Assembly: GCA_002269645.1 (NCBI GenBank)
Contig: NIVC01003683.1
Span: forward strand, 1 to 64,000
Length of the DNA: 64,000 nucleotides
Direction of reading: 5' to 3'
DNA from: Macrostomum lignano
Taxonomy: Eukaryota
Of the stretch, positions 1 to 12,250 are shown in pieces. Under the pieces are notes generated by a model. That model worked only from the letters and a program-made list of their open reading frames with translations. It was not told where the DNA came from and did not search any database. The translations under genes and the position numbers were made by a program. Every line of letters starts with the position of its first letter. The first letter of the stretch is position 1.

Positions 1-72
1 GAGTTCCTGCTGCACTTGAAGGACAAACATCGCGAGGCTCTGTTGCGCAATGCGGACAAGTGCTTCGCGTGA
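1..72 (+). CDS. 3' end of an unidentified gene entering from the left edge (EFLLHLKDKHREALLRNADKCFA*)
   Basis: GC-rich, coding-like frame 1 is open from base 1 to TGA at 70-72. Too short to identify. Confidence 0.4.
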   Translation, partial: EFLLHLKDKHREALLRNADKCFA

Positions 73-112
73 TAGCTTCTTCTGTACTCAGCCAACTGAC
101 TTGGTCGCAAAC

Positions 113-950
113 TTTATCTTCCTGCTGTTTCATCCCCTTCTCCCTCCTGTCTTCCCAACTATCGTCCTGTTGTTTCATCCCCTTCTCCCTCCTGTCTTCC
201 CAATTATCTTCCTGCTGTTTCATCCCCTTCTCCCTCCTGTCTTCCAACTATCTTCCTGTGTTTCATCCCCTTCTCCTCCTCTCTTCCCAATTATCTTCCT
301 GCTGTTTCATCCCATTCTCCCTCCTGTCTTCCCAATTATCTTCCTGCTGTTTCATCCCCTTCTCCCTCCTGTCTTCCCAACTATCTTCCTGCTGTTTCAT
401 CCCATTCTCCCTCCTGTCTTCCCAATTATCTTCGTTGTTTCATCCCCTTCTCCCTCCTGTCTTCCCAATTATCTTCCTGCTGTTTCATCCCCTTCTCCCT
501 CCTGTCTTCCCAATTATCTTCGTTGTTTCATCCCATTCTCCCTCCTGTCTTCCCAACTATCTTCCTGTTGTTTCATCCCATTCTCCCTCCTGTCTTCCCA
601 ATTATCTTCGTTGTTTCATCCCCTTCTCCCTCCTGTCTTCCCAATTATCTTCCTGCTGTTTCATCCCCTTCTCCCTCCTGTCTTCCCAATTATCTTCGTT
701 GTTTCATCCCCTTCTCCCTCCTGTCTTCCCAATTATCTTCGTTGTTTCATCCCCTTCTCCCTCCTGTCTTCCCAACTATCTTCCTGCTGTTTCATCCCCT
801 TCTCCCTCCTGTCTTCCCAATTATCTTCGTTGTTTCATCCCCTTCTCCCTCCTGTCATCCCAATTATCTTCGTTGTTTTATCCCCTTCTCCCTCCTGTCA
901 TCCCAATTATCTTCGTTGTTTCATCCCCTTCTCTCTCTTATCTCTTCCCA
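113..950. repeat. Pyrimidine-rich minisatellite, 43-45 bp unit (TGTTTCATCCCCTTCTCCCTCCTGTCTTCCCAATTATCTTCCTGC)
   Basis: Directly visible tandem units with small indel variants. Source of the spurious ORFs at 50-1057. Confidence 0.95.
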
Positions 951-1354
951 ATTCATCTTCTCTCCCATATTTTATTCCTCACTTTTTTAAAAACACACAA
1001 AAAAACGGGTATACGATCGAGAACTCGTACGTGTTAAGAGTATACCGTGACCTTTGAATAATATTGAATAATTGAAATATTTATTTAGCTTTCAAATTTT
1101 ATAAATATTTTGGACGCTCAATGTGGCAATCATTCAGTCTAATTTCTGAGAAATAATATCATATCATCCTAATAGAGGTTGGAGGTAAGACACGAAGATA
1201 ATGATAGAAAATCCCACAAACTTTGCCATACTGTTTCTACGTGTAAATATAATAAATATTATAAACGACAATGCACTAAGAATATAGCACGGAATTTACG
1301 TTGTTCGTTTTTTAATCTGCTAAAAATTGAAAGTCGGATTTTATGTCTGAAGTT

Positions 1355-3367
1355 TCAAGTCTGCCTCTTGAACCACCGGTAGGCAACCACGTTGTCCATA
1401 CTCACGGTCTGAAATGCGATACACGGGTCTACCTCTGACTCTTTAAGTTAAGAGTTGAGATATGGGATTCGAGCTCGGGACCTAGGATTCGAATTCAAGA
1501 AATGAGATTCGAGCCCAGGACCACTGATTCAAATTCAAGAAATGAGATTCGAGCCCAGGACCACTGATTCAAACTCAACAAATGCGGTTCTAGCTCAGGA
1601 CCACTGATTCGAACTCAAGAAATGAGATTCGAGCCCAGGACCACTGATTTGAACTCAAGAATGAGATTCGAGCCCATGACCACCGATTCGAATTCAAGAA
1701 ATGAGATTCGAGCCCATGACCACCGATTCGAATTCAATAAATGAGATTCGAGCCCATGACCACTGATTCGAATTCAAGAAATGAGATTCGAGCCCAGGAC
1801 CACTGATTCGAATTCAAGAAATGAGATTCGAGCCCAGGACCACTGATATTCGAATTCAAGAAATGAGATTCGAACTCAGGACCATGGATTCGAATTCAAG
1901 AAATGAGATTCGAGCCCAGGACCATGGATTCGAATTCAAGAAATGAGATTCGAGCCCAGGACCACTAATATTAGAATTCAAGAAATGAGATTCGAACTCA
2001 GGACTACTGATTCGAGCTCAATATGATCTTAAGTTATTCAGTGATTTAGAAAGCCCGCACGAACCACCAGCATTTCTCCGTTGGGCTCCAAGCTTCGAAC
2101 AGTTTTCATTCCAGTAGTCTTCAAGTCGCCGCCAGCGCCCACGTCGGCCTGGTAAACGACGAGTTTTCCATCATCGGTCCACTCGGTGTAGTACTCCACC
2201 TGCTTGCCCGCCATCGCCATGTCGCCCTGCACCAGGGTGTCAAGCTCGTGCACCTGCTCCATGTTGAACATCATCGTCTTGGAGCTGATGCTAATCCGGC
2301 GATCGTCCAGTCGAGTCATCGTCACGGTTGGCGTGGCGTTGGCGCCCATCTTTCGGGCCATCCACGGGGCGCCTGCATGACATTGGGGATCGGCTTGAAT
2401 CGGCTGTCTGCCTTAAGTTGGTCTGTCTACCTGTGTCTGATCCAGCCTGCCTCAGTCTGCGTCATTCTGTGTCTGCGTCATTCTGTGTCTGCGTCATTCT
2501 GTTTCTGCGTCATTCTGTGTCTGCGTCATTCTGTGTCTGCGTCATTCTGTGTCTGCGTCATTCTGTTTCTGCGTCATTCTGTTTCTGCGTCATTCTGTGT
2601 CTGCGTCATTCTGTGTCTGCCTCATTCTGTGTCTGCCTCATTCTGTGTCTGCCTCATTCTGTGTCTGCCTCATTCTGTGTCTGCCTCATTCTGTGTCTGC
2701 CTCATTCTGTGTCTGCCTCATTCTGTGTCTGCCTCATTCTGTGTCTGCCTCATTCTGTGTCTGCCTCATTCTGTGTCTGCCTCATTCTGTGTCTGCCTCA
2801 TTCTGTGTCTGCCTCATTCTGTGTCTGCCTCATTCTGTGTCTGCCTCATTCTGTGTCTGCCTCATTCTGTGTCTGCCTCATTCTGTGTCTGCCTCATTCT
2901 GTGTCTGCCTCATTCTGTGTCTGCCTCATTCTGTGTCTGCCTCATTCTGTGTCTGCCTCATTCTGTGTCTGCCTCATTCTGTGTCTGCCTCATTCTGTGT
3001 CTGCCTCATTCTGTGTCTGCCTCATTCTGTGTCTGCCTCATTCTGTGTCTGCCTCATTCTGTGTCTGCCTCATTCTGTGTCTGCCTCATTCTGTGTCTGC
3101 CTCATTCTGTGTCTGCCTCATTCTGTGTCTGCCTCATTCTGTGTCTGTCTCAGCCTGTGTCTGCCTCATTCTGTGTCTGCCTCATTCTGTGTCTGCCTCA
3201 TTCTGTGTCTGCCTCATTCTGTGTCTGTCTCAGCCTGTGTCTGCCTCAGCTCATAACCCAGCCTCCACCGCCTTACCCGCTTTCTCCATCAGCGCTGCCA
3301 TATTCTCGCTCTTGTAGGCCTTCCACACGCCGAATAGCTGAGGATTCTCTTTGCCAGCAACTGCCAT
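1355..3367 (-). CDS. Fatty-acid-binding protein (FABP/iLBP family), copy 1, about 150 aa. Exons 3367-3277, 2372-2065, 1408-1355
   Basis: Spliced product MAVAGKENPQLFGVWKAYKSENMAALMEKAG|APWMARKMGANATPTVT...EPNGEMLV|TVSMDNVVAYRWFKRQT*. FABP hallmarks GxW, 'RKMG...P.V' and terminal 'R.F'. GT-AG introns in phase 1 and phase 0, matching conserved FABP introns 1 and 3. Confidence 0.9.
1470..2025. repeat. 40-bp minisatellite (GATTCGAATTCAAGAAATGAGATTCGAGCCCAGGACCACT) filling FABP-1 intron 2
   Basis: About 13 visible tandem units. Confidence 0.95.
2452..3245. repeat. 16-bp minisatellite (CTGTGTCTGCCTCATT) filling FABP-1 intron 1
   Basis: Near-perfect tandem array occupying most of the 2373-3276 intron. 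Confidence 0.97.
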
Positions 3368-3929
3368 GGCGGCTTCAATCAAGGATTTTCACTGCGTCTA
3401 TTAAAGATAGAACGTTTAGATTTCTATTTAATAACCCTGGGAATTGAAGCTTAGTCGTTTTCAGTACTTAAATGGGGCTGTTCTTTAAAGCAGAGCTTTT
3501 CAGTATGGAGTGCTGACCTGTGTCTCTGGTGTACATTCCAGCCCGTACACTTTTACCCGTACATGCGTCGGGTGAATGGGTTGAAAGCGTTTTACACTTC
3601 TGTGTCCTCTCGTTTCTCTCATCTGCCGAAAACTCTATCCTCGCGTACCCTAACGAACGACCCCCCGTTCCTATAGCGCTTTGCCAAAACGGCGATATCG
3701 CGTCTTCCAAAGTTCCAAACTCGATTCTGCTTGCCCAAGCAGTCTAGCGGTTTATCAGCTTAGCTAAGAAAATTTTGACCCACTGCTTCTCATAAATTGC
3801 TGTTCTGTGCTCTCGCTGTTGCGATTACCGATCTTCGCGCGATGTTTCATTTCAATGTTGAGAATTGCCTGTGTATGCGAGGCTGGAGATAACATTAAAG
3901 GAGAGAGGAGAGCAAAGTACAGGTGCAGA

Positions 3930-4225
3930 GTAGAGTGGAGTAGAGTAGAATCGACCAGAGTAGAGTAAAGCAGAGTGGAGTAGAGATAGAATCGACCAGA
4001 GTAGAGTAAAGCAGAGTAGAGTAGAGTAGAGTAGAGTGGAAGTAAAGTATAGTGCAGTAGAGTACGGTAGAGTAGACTAGAATCAAGCAGACTAGAGTAA
4101 AGTATAGTATAGTTGAATAGAGTCAAGTGGAATAGAGTAGACTAGAGTAGAGTAGAGTAGAGCAGAGTAGAGTAGAGTAGAGTAGAGTAGAGTAGAGCAG
4201 AGTAGAGTAGAGTAGAGTAGAGTGG
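3930..4225. repeat. (TAGAG)n pentanucleotide microsatellite
   Basis: Directly visible; degenerate at its left end. Confidence 0.95.
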
Positions 4226-4509
4226 AAGAAGATTTTTTAAGACTGAAGAGATTTCAAAAAAAGCAAGTCTCCTATAACTGAAACAAAAACCTTATGTTTA
4301 TTTGATGTCTAAGAACTGAAATGGAATTCTGCTCTGATTATTACGTACATGTAGAATTATATTCTTCGGTAGAACGATAGAAAAGTATATTTATGTAGTA
4401 TTAAATCTTGTCATCAAGGATTGATTAGAAAACTTGTCATGCTGTCAAGGTCACGTTTCCTGTTGACCAAATGTCTTCAATAGTTGCATGCTTTCTCCAA
4501 CTCAAGCTC

Positions 4510-5455
4510 TTAGTTCTCCCGTTTGAACCAGCGGTATCCAGTCACATCTCCTTGGATAGACGTCTGCGGGGAGGTAACAGGGTCGAAGTTGGTTTTAAAC
4601 TTCAGTTTTCTGTCTGTGAATCAGTCACTCTTACTCAGTCCATGGGTCAGTCACTGCACCCTAATTGGCAGATCAGTCACTCTCCTGTCTGTGGGTCAAA
4701 CACTCACTTCTAAATGTATTTCAGATTGCTTCAAGTAATATACTCATTGTCTATACAATGGAGGATATATCTATATCTGTCAGTCCTTTTCCGGCTCCCG
4801 TAGTACTCAGGCACGTACTCTCCGGTGGTTATATTCTGAGAACAGTTAATAAACAAATTTAGCCCAGTTTCCTACCACAAGCATCTCTCCGTTGGGCTCC
4901 AGGCTGCGAATCTGCTTGATGCCGGTGTTCTTCACGTCGCTGCCAGCCGGGCCCTGGAAGAAAATAAGGCGCCCGTCATCTGTCCATTCTGTCAGGAACG
5001 TCTGCGATTCGTTCTGGAATGGTGGCTTGAATTCGACAATCTCGCCGACCACGAAGATTTGATCCATAGAGAAGATGGCCGACTTGGTGGTCATTTTGAT
5101 TTGCTTGTCGTCGACTCTAGTCAGCGTCACGGTTGGCGTGGCGTTGGCGCCCATCTTTCTGGCCATCCAGGGTGCGCCTGTGGTTTTAAAATGAACTTTT
5201 GTAGTTGGATTTAAACTTTATAATGTTTGAGACAGCTGGACCAGGGCTCCAGGATTTTTTCCGGGGGTCAACTCTTGCTTGTACAAGCGTACCTACAGGC
5301 ACAGCTGTATACAATGTATGTTAATTTATCATATATATTTTGTACCATTGCATCATGACTCGATCGCGAAACGTACCTGCCTTCTCAAGCACTGCGGCCA
5401 TGTTCTCGCTCTTGTAGGCCTTCCACACGCCGAACATTTGCTGATTTTCCTGCAT
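4510..5455 (-). CDS. Fatty-acid-binding protein, copy 2, about 144 aa. Exons 5455-5377, 5177-4876, 4563-4510
   Basis: MQENQQMFGVWKAYKSENMAAVLEKAG|APWMARKMGANATPTVT...EPNGEMLV|TSIQGDVTGYRWFKREN*. Same intron positions and phases as copy 1, canonical GT-AG. Confidence 0.9.
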
Positions 5456-7479
5456 GATGAAAATGCAAATTATTTATAAACTAGTCGAGGATTTACGCTC
5501 GCAAGAAGGCAGACAAAATCTTTCGGGCGGTAAAAGAAAAATAAAGAAATGCAACAGCAAGAGTTCAGTTGCTAAGCGACTTTCACGAATTCTTATACAT
5601 TGACAATACCCGTTTATTATCTCTTAAATTCTGGCCTGCTTGTTATCTTTTTCATGTTAAAAGTCTGGATATGGAGGACTGCAAATGCAAACGTACATGT
5701 ACGAATGTAACAGTAAATGATTTCATGCTGAAAAAGCTCACCAGACAGTCCACAGAATTTAGTCAAATGAAGTTACAGTGAAAAAGCAAGTGAAACCTCT
5801 CTTATCGCTCTTGTGGCATGCTCTAAACAGCTTAATTTCAAACATGCCGCACTAAAAGCGATTGCCAAAATGTGACTGAAATTAAATTAATAGTTAATAG
5901 AAAATTTTAATAGAATATTTATGACCCAAATAGGATGTCAAGTGCGACTCTTGTAATTTTCTTGCCCTCACGCGGTGAGCATGGTATATGTACTATCACA
6001 TACAGCATTTTCATAGGACCAGGCTTTCCACTGATTTTATTCACGATAATGCGACGCCAAATGACGGCATGCGCAGATAATCTATCTAATTTTTTTTAAT
6101 TTTAAATTAAAAAAAAATTGGGTATACCCTTTTTTAATTTGGAAGTCGGCAGGGGCAAAACTGTAACCATTTTTATTTATTTAAAACCTTCAGTTTTCGT
6201 ACCATCTTAAACCTCGAAAGCGAGTTTACTCTGGATCTATCTAATGATCTTGTACTTGTACTACGAGTACTATTAATACTACGGCTAGGCTCTAGCTACC
6301 TACGATTAAAGTTTCTACTGGTATAGGCCTATTCATTCTGTTTATTTAATTTATTAAGTCTTAAGTATTATCTGTTTAATGTATACGAATAATTAACTTT
6401 GCAACCATGCTTCAAAAACTTGCCTCTGTTCCAGTTTCAGTCTCGATTTATCAATTATATTATTAAATCTAGTGTCTTACATGATTACATGCGCATGTCT
6501 TACATGCGCAACAGTCGGCCGAGTCGGCCGATCCGGCCGACCGACCTAAGTAGGCCTAGTAGTACTAAGTAGCTGACGAGGCATTTTTAGTTAATAAGAC
6601 AGTCATAGTTACTCCTGCCGTTTACCCAAAGTTGCGTTAATTTTGCTTTAGGGTTTTTTACATGCAAGTCGCATTTTTGGCCAAAAACTACGTCGCATTT
6701 TTGTTAAAACTAAATCGCATGGCCGACCGAATTTTGGAGGTTGTGCATGTAATGGTCTTACTTAAAATCATCAACTTATTAATTTCAATTGCAATAGATT
6801 CCAATTTGTAAAATAGCCTAGAATTGTATTTTGAAATTGCTAGGCCTATCAGATTCAAAGTAATTTATTTCAGATTCAAACTGATTTATTTGCCATAGGC
6901 ATAGTCAATAGTGGCTTATTATTTGATTGCTTAGCTCTGGCTGCTCTGCCTGTGAGCCAAGTCCTTTTTGAGGTCTACTTAATTTATTAAGACTTGCTTA
7001 TATACTTATAGGCCTATCATAAAAATACCAAAAATACCAAATCTTTGTGATGCATATAAATCAACATGTATGATGCATATATTGATATAAGTCAAATATT
7101 TTAGGCCTAAAATAAATTTACAAGTATTATTATTCTACTAAGTTTAGACCTTTTAGGCCCTATTTTGTTTTGTCTTTATACTTCTTAGCATTTCAAGAAA
7201 GTAGGCCAGGCTAGGCTAAGCATGAGTCTCTGTTGCAGCTAGGCCTAGGAAGTTTTTTGCAAATGGCAATGGTAGTCCAGTGAAATAAAAAATAGTTGGT
7301 GTATCAGCTAGGCCTAAGCCTAATGGTTAAATATTTAGGCCCTATATTATAGCAAAGAAAAAGCTAACTTTGAAAACTTGCATATATTCTAAAATGATTT
7401 CAAATTTAGTCTAATATACTTTTTTTGTCCTTAGAGAACCATCTTGTACAATTTGACCTTTATTTATATTAGGCTTATA

Positions 7480-8782
7480 CGAGGATCACTCTGAAAGTTT
7501 TTGCGTTCGACCACTTTCAGCTTTCGCCAGAGCTCAACCCCCTCACATCTGTTCAAAGTAGTTGCCCTGCGTGGACACACACTTTCGCATTTGCTCAAAC
7601 CACTGCTCAAAGGCCGCAGCCCAGTCCTGTTTTGTCAGTGCATCCACACCGTCCCTGTACGCACAAATTGCGTCCTCAACTGTGGGAAATCTCTGTCCAC
7701 GAAGCCCAGCCTTCACCTTCGGAAACAGAAAAAAATCACACGGAGCCAGGTCGGGCGAGTAGGGCGGGTGTCCGACCACGGAAACATGATTTTTGGCCAA
7801 GAATGTGATGGTTCGCTGCGCCGTGTGTGAACTCGCGTTGTCGTGGTGCAGGCGAAGGCCGCGGATTCCACGTTTGGGACGCCGCTCCTGCCACGCCTGC
7901 AGCACCTGCGGCAGGCAGACTGTGACGTACCACTCCGCCGTCACTGTTCGCTGCCCATCCAGCACCACAGTCGCCATGTGGCCTGATCTGCCGAAGAAGC
8001 TGGCAAACATGGCTTTGCCGACGCTCCTGGAGCGGCAAACCTTCGTTGGTGACTCCTCACCAAAGAAGCACCACACTGACGACTGGCGCTTCGTCTCGGG
8101 GTCGTCCTGGAACACCCAGGTTTCGTCGCCCATCACGATGTCAAAAACACCATGTGCGGCGCTATCCTGGAAGTCAGCAAGCATCTGGCGGCACCACCGC
8201 ACGCATTCATCCTTCTGCTGCTGCGTCAGCAAATGTGGCACCCAATGAGCGCACAGTCGCTGTACGCCAAGGTGTTCGTGCAAAATCTTCTGCACTTGCC
8301 CGGATCCAATGCCCAGCTGCTGCTCCAATTGCACGTGGGTCACATGCCGATCCTCTTCGATCAGGCTGCAGCTCGACGTTTTCTCTAGTCGTTGCTGTCG
8401 CAGGACGTCCTTCTCGGTCGTCGTCGTCCAGGCTGCACCATCCAGCCCGAAGGTCGCGGTACCAGTTCTAGATGGTGTGGATCGAAGGCGCAGAATCTCC
8501 CAGAGCTGCCTGCATCTCCTCGTGGCATTGCTGCGTCGTGAGGCCGCGCTTGAAGTTGTAGAAAATTATGGTGCGGATGTCGCGCCTCGACAGTTCGGCG
8601 GCCATGGCTGGCAGGCGGCTGAAAACTGAATTTCAATTGCAGATTGCGTTGCTTCTTTTAAAGCTGGGCACTTGAATTTTTATATGCAAGTTGAAAACTT
8701 CTGGAATTAAGGTTTGGTGCAATTTTACGGCGCTGGCTTGCGGGGAAGTGGTCGAATGCAAAAACTTTTGGAGTTACCCTTG
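7480..8782 (-). mobile_element. Full-length mariner (DD34D) DNA transposon, 1303 bp, with disrupted transposase
   Basis: TA at 7478-79 and 8783-84. 33-bp imperfect TIRs (27/33 identical). Transposase from ATG 8605 with WVPHLLT, GDETW, HHDNASSH and YSPDLAPCD (34 residues between D2 and D3). In-frame TAG at 8470-8468 and a frameshift near 8365. Confidence 0.95.
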
Positions 8783-9596
8783 TAGGCATAGGAAAAATAT
8801 ATTATTAAAAATTTCAAGCCACAGCCAAAAAATCAAAGACATTTAAGACAAGTTAGGCCTAATTATAGTAGGTCTTTTGGCCTTTTTATAATATTTTAAA
8901 TTTGGATTTTCATAATTAATGCTAAAATATTGTGCTTTAGTTGATATTGTTTAGAATTCTTTTTGATAAAATTTAATTATTTAACAATGTTAAATAAATA
9001 TTTTATAATTATATGAATTTTTATTATAAAAAATATTTTTTGTTGTCTTTAATAATATAGTTTATATAAAGTAATTATTGATATTTTAGCTAGTTAATTA
9101 GTAGTTAATCATTTGAGGTATAACATAAAATAACAACATGAAATTAAGCTTTTTTGCTTAATTTTAAAAATTAAAAAAGTGCCAAAATTTTGACTTAAAA
9201 ACCTACACTAGACATAAGGCCTATATTTATATAAAAATTCTTAAATAATATCTTAATTCTTGTCTATTTGAAGTGATAATATAAAATAAGACTTGTTTAT
9301 ATAAGTAAGGCTGAGAAGAAATTTAGGATAATTAAAGTAGATGAAAGATACCTTTATTATAATGCCTTGTATTGTCTATTCATTGTTCTTTTTTCTTTCT
9401 TATGATATACCTTTTGATATCCTTATATAGTCTAGGTATATATAGTTAATTTTTGTAAGCTAATTATATAGGAGTAATCAGCTCTTTTAGGGGCCTTGTG
9501 ATCTTGTTTATTACTTCTGAAAAGAAATTAGATACAACAGAAATAGTAAAAAAAATGTTGGGAAAATATCATTAAATTAGTTCATTTTCTATGCTA

Positions 9597-10818
9597 TTTG
9601 TTTATTAAGAATGTTCTCATGGCAAAATTTGATCCTAAAACTTTCTAGAGCATTCTAGAAGCTAATTATATAGCTATATATATTGAGGGCAAATATAGGC
9701 TGTCTTGAGACTACTTTTTATGATTGTTGCTATCTTAGCCAGATCAACTATATAGATTTTTTTGACTTTATATTTATGGCCCATTACTCTATGACTTCAA
9801 ATTTAGCACCAAAGTAGGCTGGCATATTAACAGTGCATTTGGTGCTAATATTGTGTTTGAACACATTACACAAGATTGGTTTGCTTAGTTTTGCCAGTGA
9901 GATTTTAGCCTCAAAGATTTGCCCTAGTCAAGACATCCTGAGGTGGATGATGACTATTTGCACACACTCATTGAGGCTGACCCCTAACAAACCACATGAA
10001 TTGATGCAAGTTATTAGGGTAGGTAGACCATCAAACAATTGCTACTCATTTGTATCAACAAATCAACTAGGCAAGGTACACAAGTTGACTCAATGGACTG
10101 TACCCCATGAATTGTCCAATTGGGACTAGGAATGCAAGGCAAAGATGGCCACTTCTCTTCTTTCCTATTGGTGCACACAACTGGCTAAAGTTGATTATTA
10201 TAGGCAATAAAAAATGGTGTTTATAATATGAACATCAAGTGTTGCTAGTCATGGGTGGATGCTGATGCAACCCTTGAGCCATATCCTAAGGCCAAACTCT
10301 ATCCGCATGGTCATGCTGTGTGTTTAGTAGGACTGTAATAAAGGTGTGATCCTCTATGAGCTGCTACCACCCAATACATTGATTATGGCCAATCTATACT
10401 ACTAATAGCTAGATAGATTGGCTGCTACTATTGCATAGAAGCAACCAAATCATGGCCTGGTCCAATCTGTGCACAATAATGCTCATCCCCACACTGCCAA
10501 AGTGACTTGCCAAAAGTTACTGGGCCTTAGATGGGAACTGGTGCTTCATCCTCCATATCCCCCCTCCCCCAACTTGGCCCTAACCAATGCCTTGACAAGC
10601 AAAACTTTTGCTAATAAAAAAGCCTTGGATAACTAGCTCAACAAATTTTTTGCCTTGTAACCTAAGAAATTCTACACGGATAGCATTATGTCTCAGCCTA
10701 AAAAATGACAGGGTGATTGATTCAGATAGCAATTAACTTTTTTCCTAAAGTCCTTCCATTTAAAAAAAACTCTTGGAAGAAGGTTCTAGGAACTGTAAGA
10801 ACATTCTTAACAACCAAA
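9597..10818 (+). mobile_element. Heavily mutated full-length mariner, 1222 bp
   Basis: Inverted ends TA|TTTGTTTATTAAGAATGTTCT and AGAACATTCTTAACAACCAAA|TA. Remnant transposase motifs read in order: DWF, P*SRHP (PRSGRP), VPHEL, GNKKW (GDEKW), MLCV**D (WWD), HNNAHPH (HDNARPH), HPPY and SPNLA (SPDLA). Confidence 0.9.
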
Positions 10819-11769
10819 TATTTTGTTGATCAATTTTTCATTTGAATTAAATTTAATATAGTATGCAATAGCTTATAAAGAATATCTAGTACTTGTCAAT
10901 ATTCTATAAACAATCCCTATCAAAGATGCCAATTATATTATATGCTCTTATCAGTATTAAGCATCAGTCCATTATTAAATATTTACCTCCTAATTTTTTA
11001 TTAACATTATCAGACTGATATTAAGATTTTTACCCAATTTGCATTAATAATTTTTTGAATCAATGACAAATTCATCATTAATGTTAAAGACAATGCTAAT
11101 GAGACCAAAGCTGCAAAGAATGAACAAAAATATGTCTGACAAGAAATAAAAGTTATTTTTTTGCTTTATTTACTTTTAGTAATATTTTATTAAATATACA
11201 AGTTTTTACTTTTTTAGCTCAAATTGCTTGGATGACCTCTCTGTGTTGGCTAAAATGATAGAAAAGCAGAGGCATTTGCATTATAAAGTCTGTTTTGGAA
11301 AAGTGCAAAATTCTTATACTTTGTGTTAATACTACCAGATTACTGCTTACTAATGATTATCAGTTAACTTTTAATCAACTTAACAAATTAAGAATTAATA
11401 AGTTAAGATTTTTTGTTTTACTTTTGCTATTAATGGAAGTTAAGATTTTCATTAATGGTGACCAAAAATGGTTCTTATGTAAGTTAGCAATGAAATACCA
11501 GTTATTACTTTGAATAATAATGTTTATATCAAAGGCTCTATATAGTATTATTTTATCTTATTGATCTTAATTTATCATAGTATTATATTGAACAATAAAG
11601 CAAATATATGGTACAGTATATGATATATGATATATCTATACATTAATTATATAAGGTTAAGCATGTATTAATTGTGCTTAGGAGTTAAGAATATTTATCT
11701 CTAAATCATAAATTGATATTCTACATCCCATATATTGAATCAAACCTAGCTTCTGTAGTTTACAAGCTA

Positions 11770-12250
11770 TGCTCTGCAGACACATTGCCCCTGAGCTACT
11801 CATACTCAGCCCTCTGCAGACACATTGCTCCTGAGCTACTCATACTCAGCCCTCTGCAGACACATTGCCCCTGAGCTACTCATACTCAGCCCTCTGCAGA
11901 CACATTGCACTGAGCTACTCATACTCAGCCCTCTGCAGACACATTGCCCCTGAGCTACTCATACTCAGCCCTCTGCAGACACATTGCTCCTGAGCTACTC
12001 ATACTCAGCCCTCTGCAGACACATTGCCACTGAGCTACTCATACTCAGCCCTCTGCAGACACATTGCTCCTGAGCTACTCATACTCAGCCCTCTGCAGAC
12101 ACATTGCTCCTGAGCTACTCATACTCAGCCCTCTGCAGACACATTGCTCCTGAGCTACTCATACTCAGCCCTCTGCAGACACATTGCCCCTGAGCTACTC
12201 ATACTCAGCCCTCTGCAGACACATTGCCCCTGAGCTACTCATACTTAGCC
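11770..12250. repeat. 40-bp minisatellite (CCTCTGCAGACACATTGCYCCTGAGCTACTCATACTCAGC), about 12 copies, just upstream of the TONSL-like ORF
   Basis: Directly visible tandem units. Confidence 0.95.

Noticed and set aside
50-1057. Three long overlapping ORFs
   Set aside because: Translations of a stop-free minisatellite, open in all three frames.
5800-5825. CGCTCTTGTGGC resembling FABP exon 1 (third-copy relic)
   Set aside because: Only about 12 nt of similarity; could be chance.
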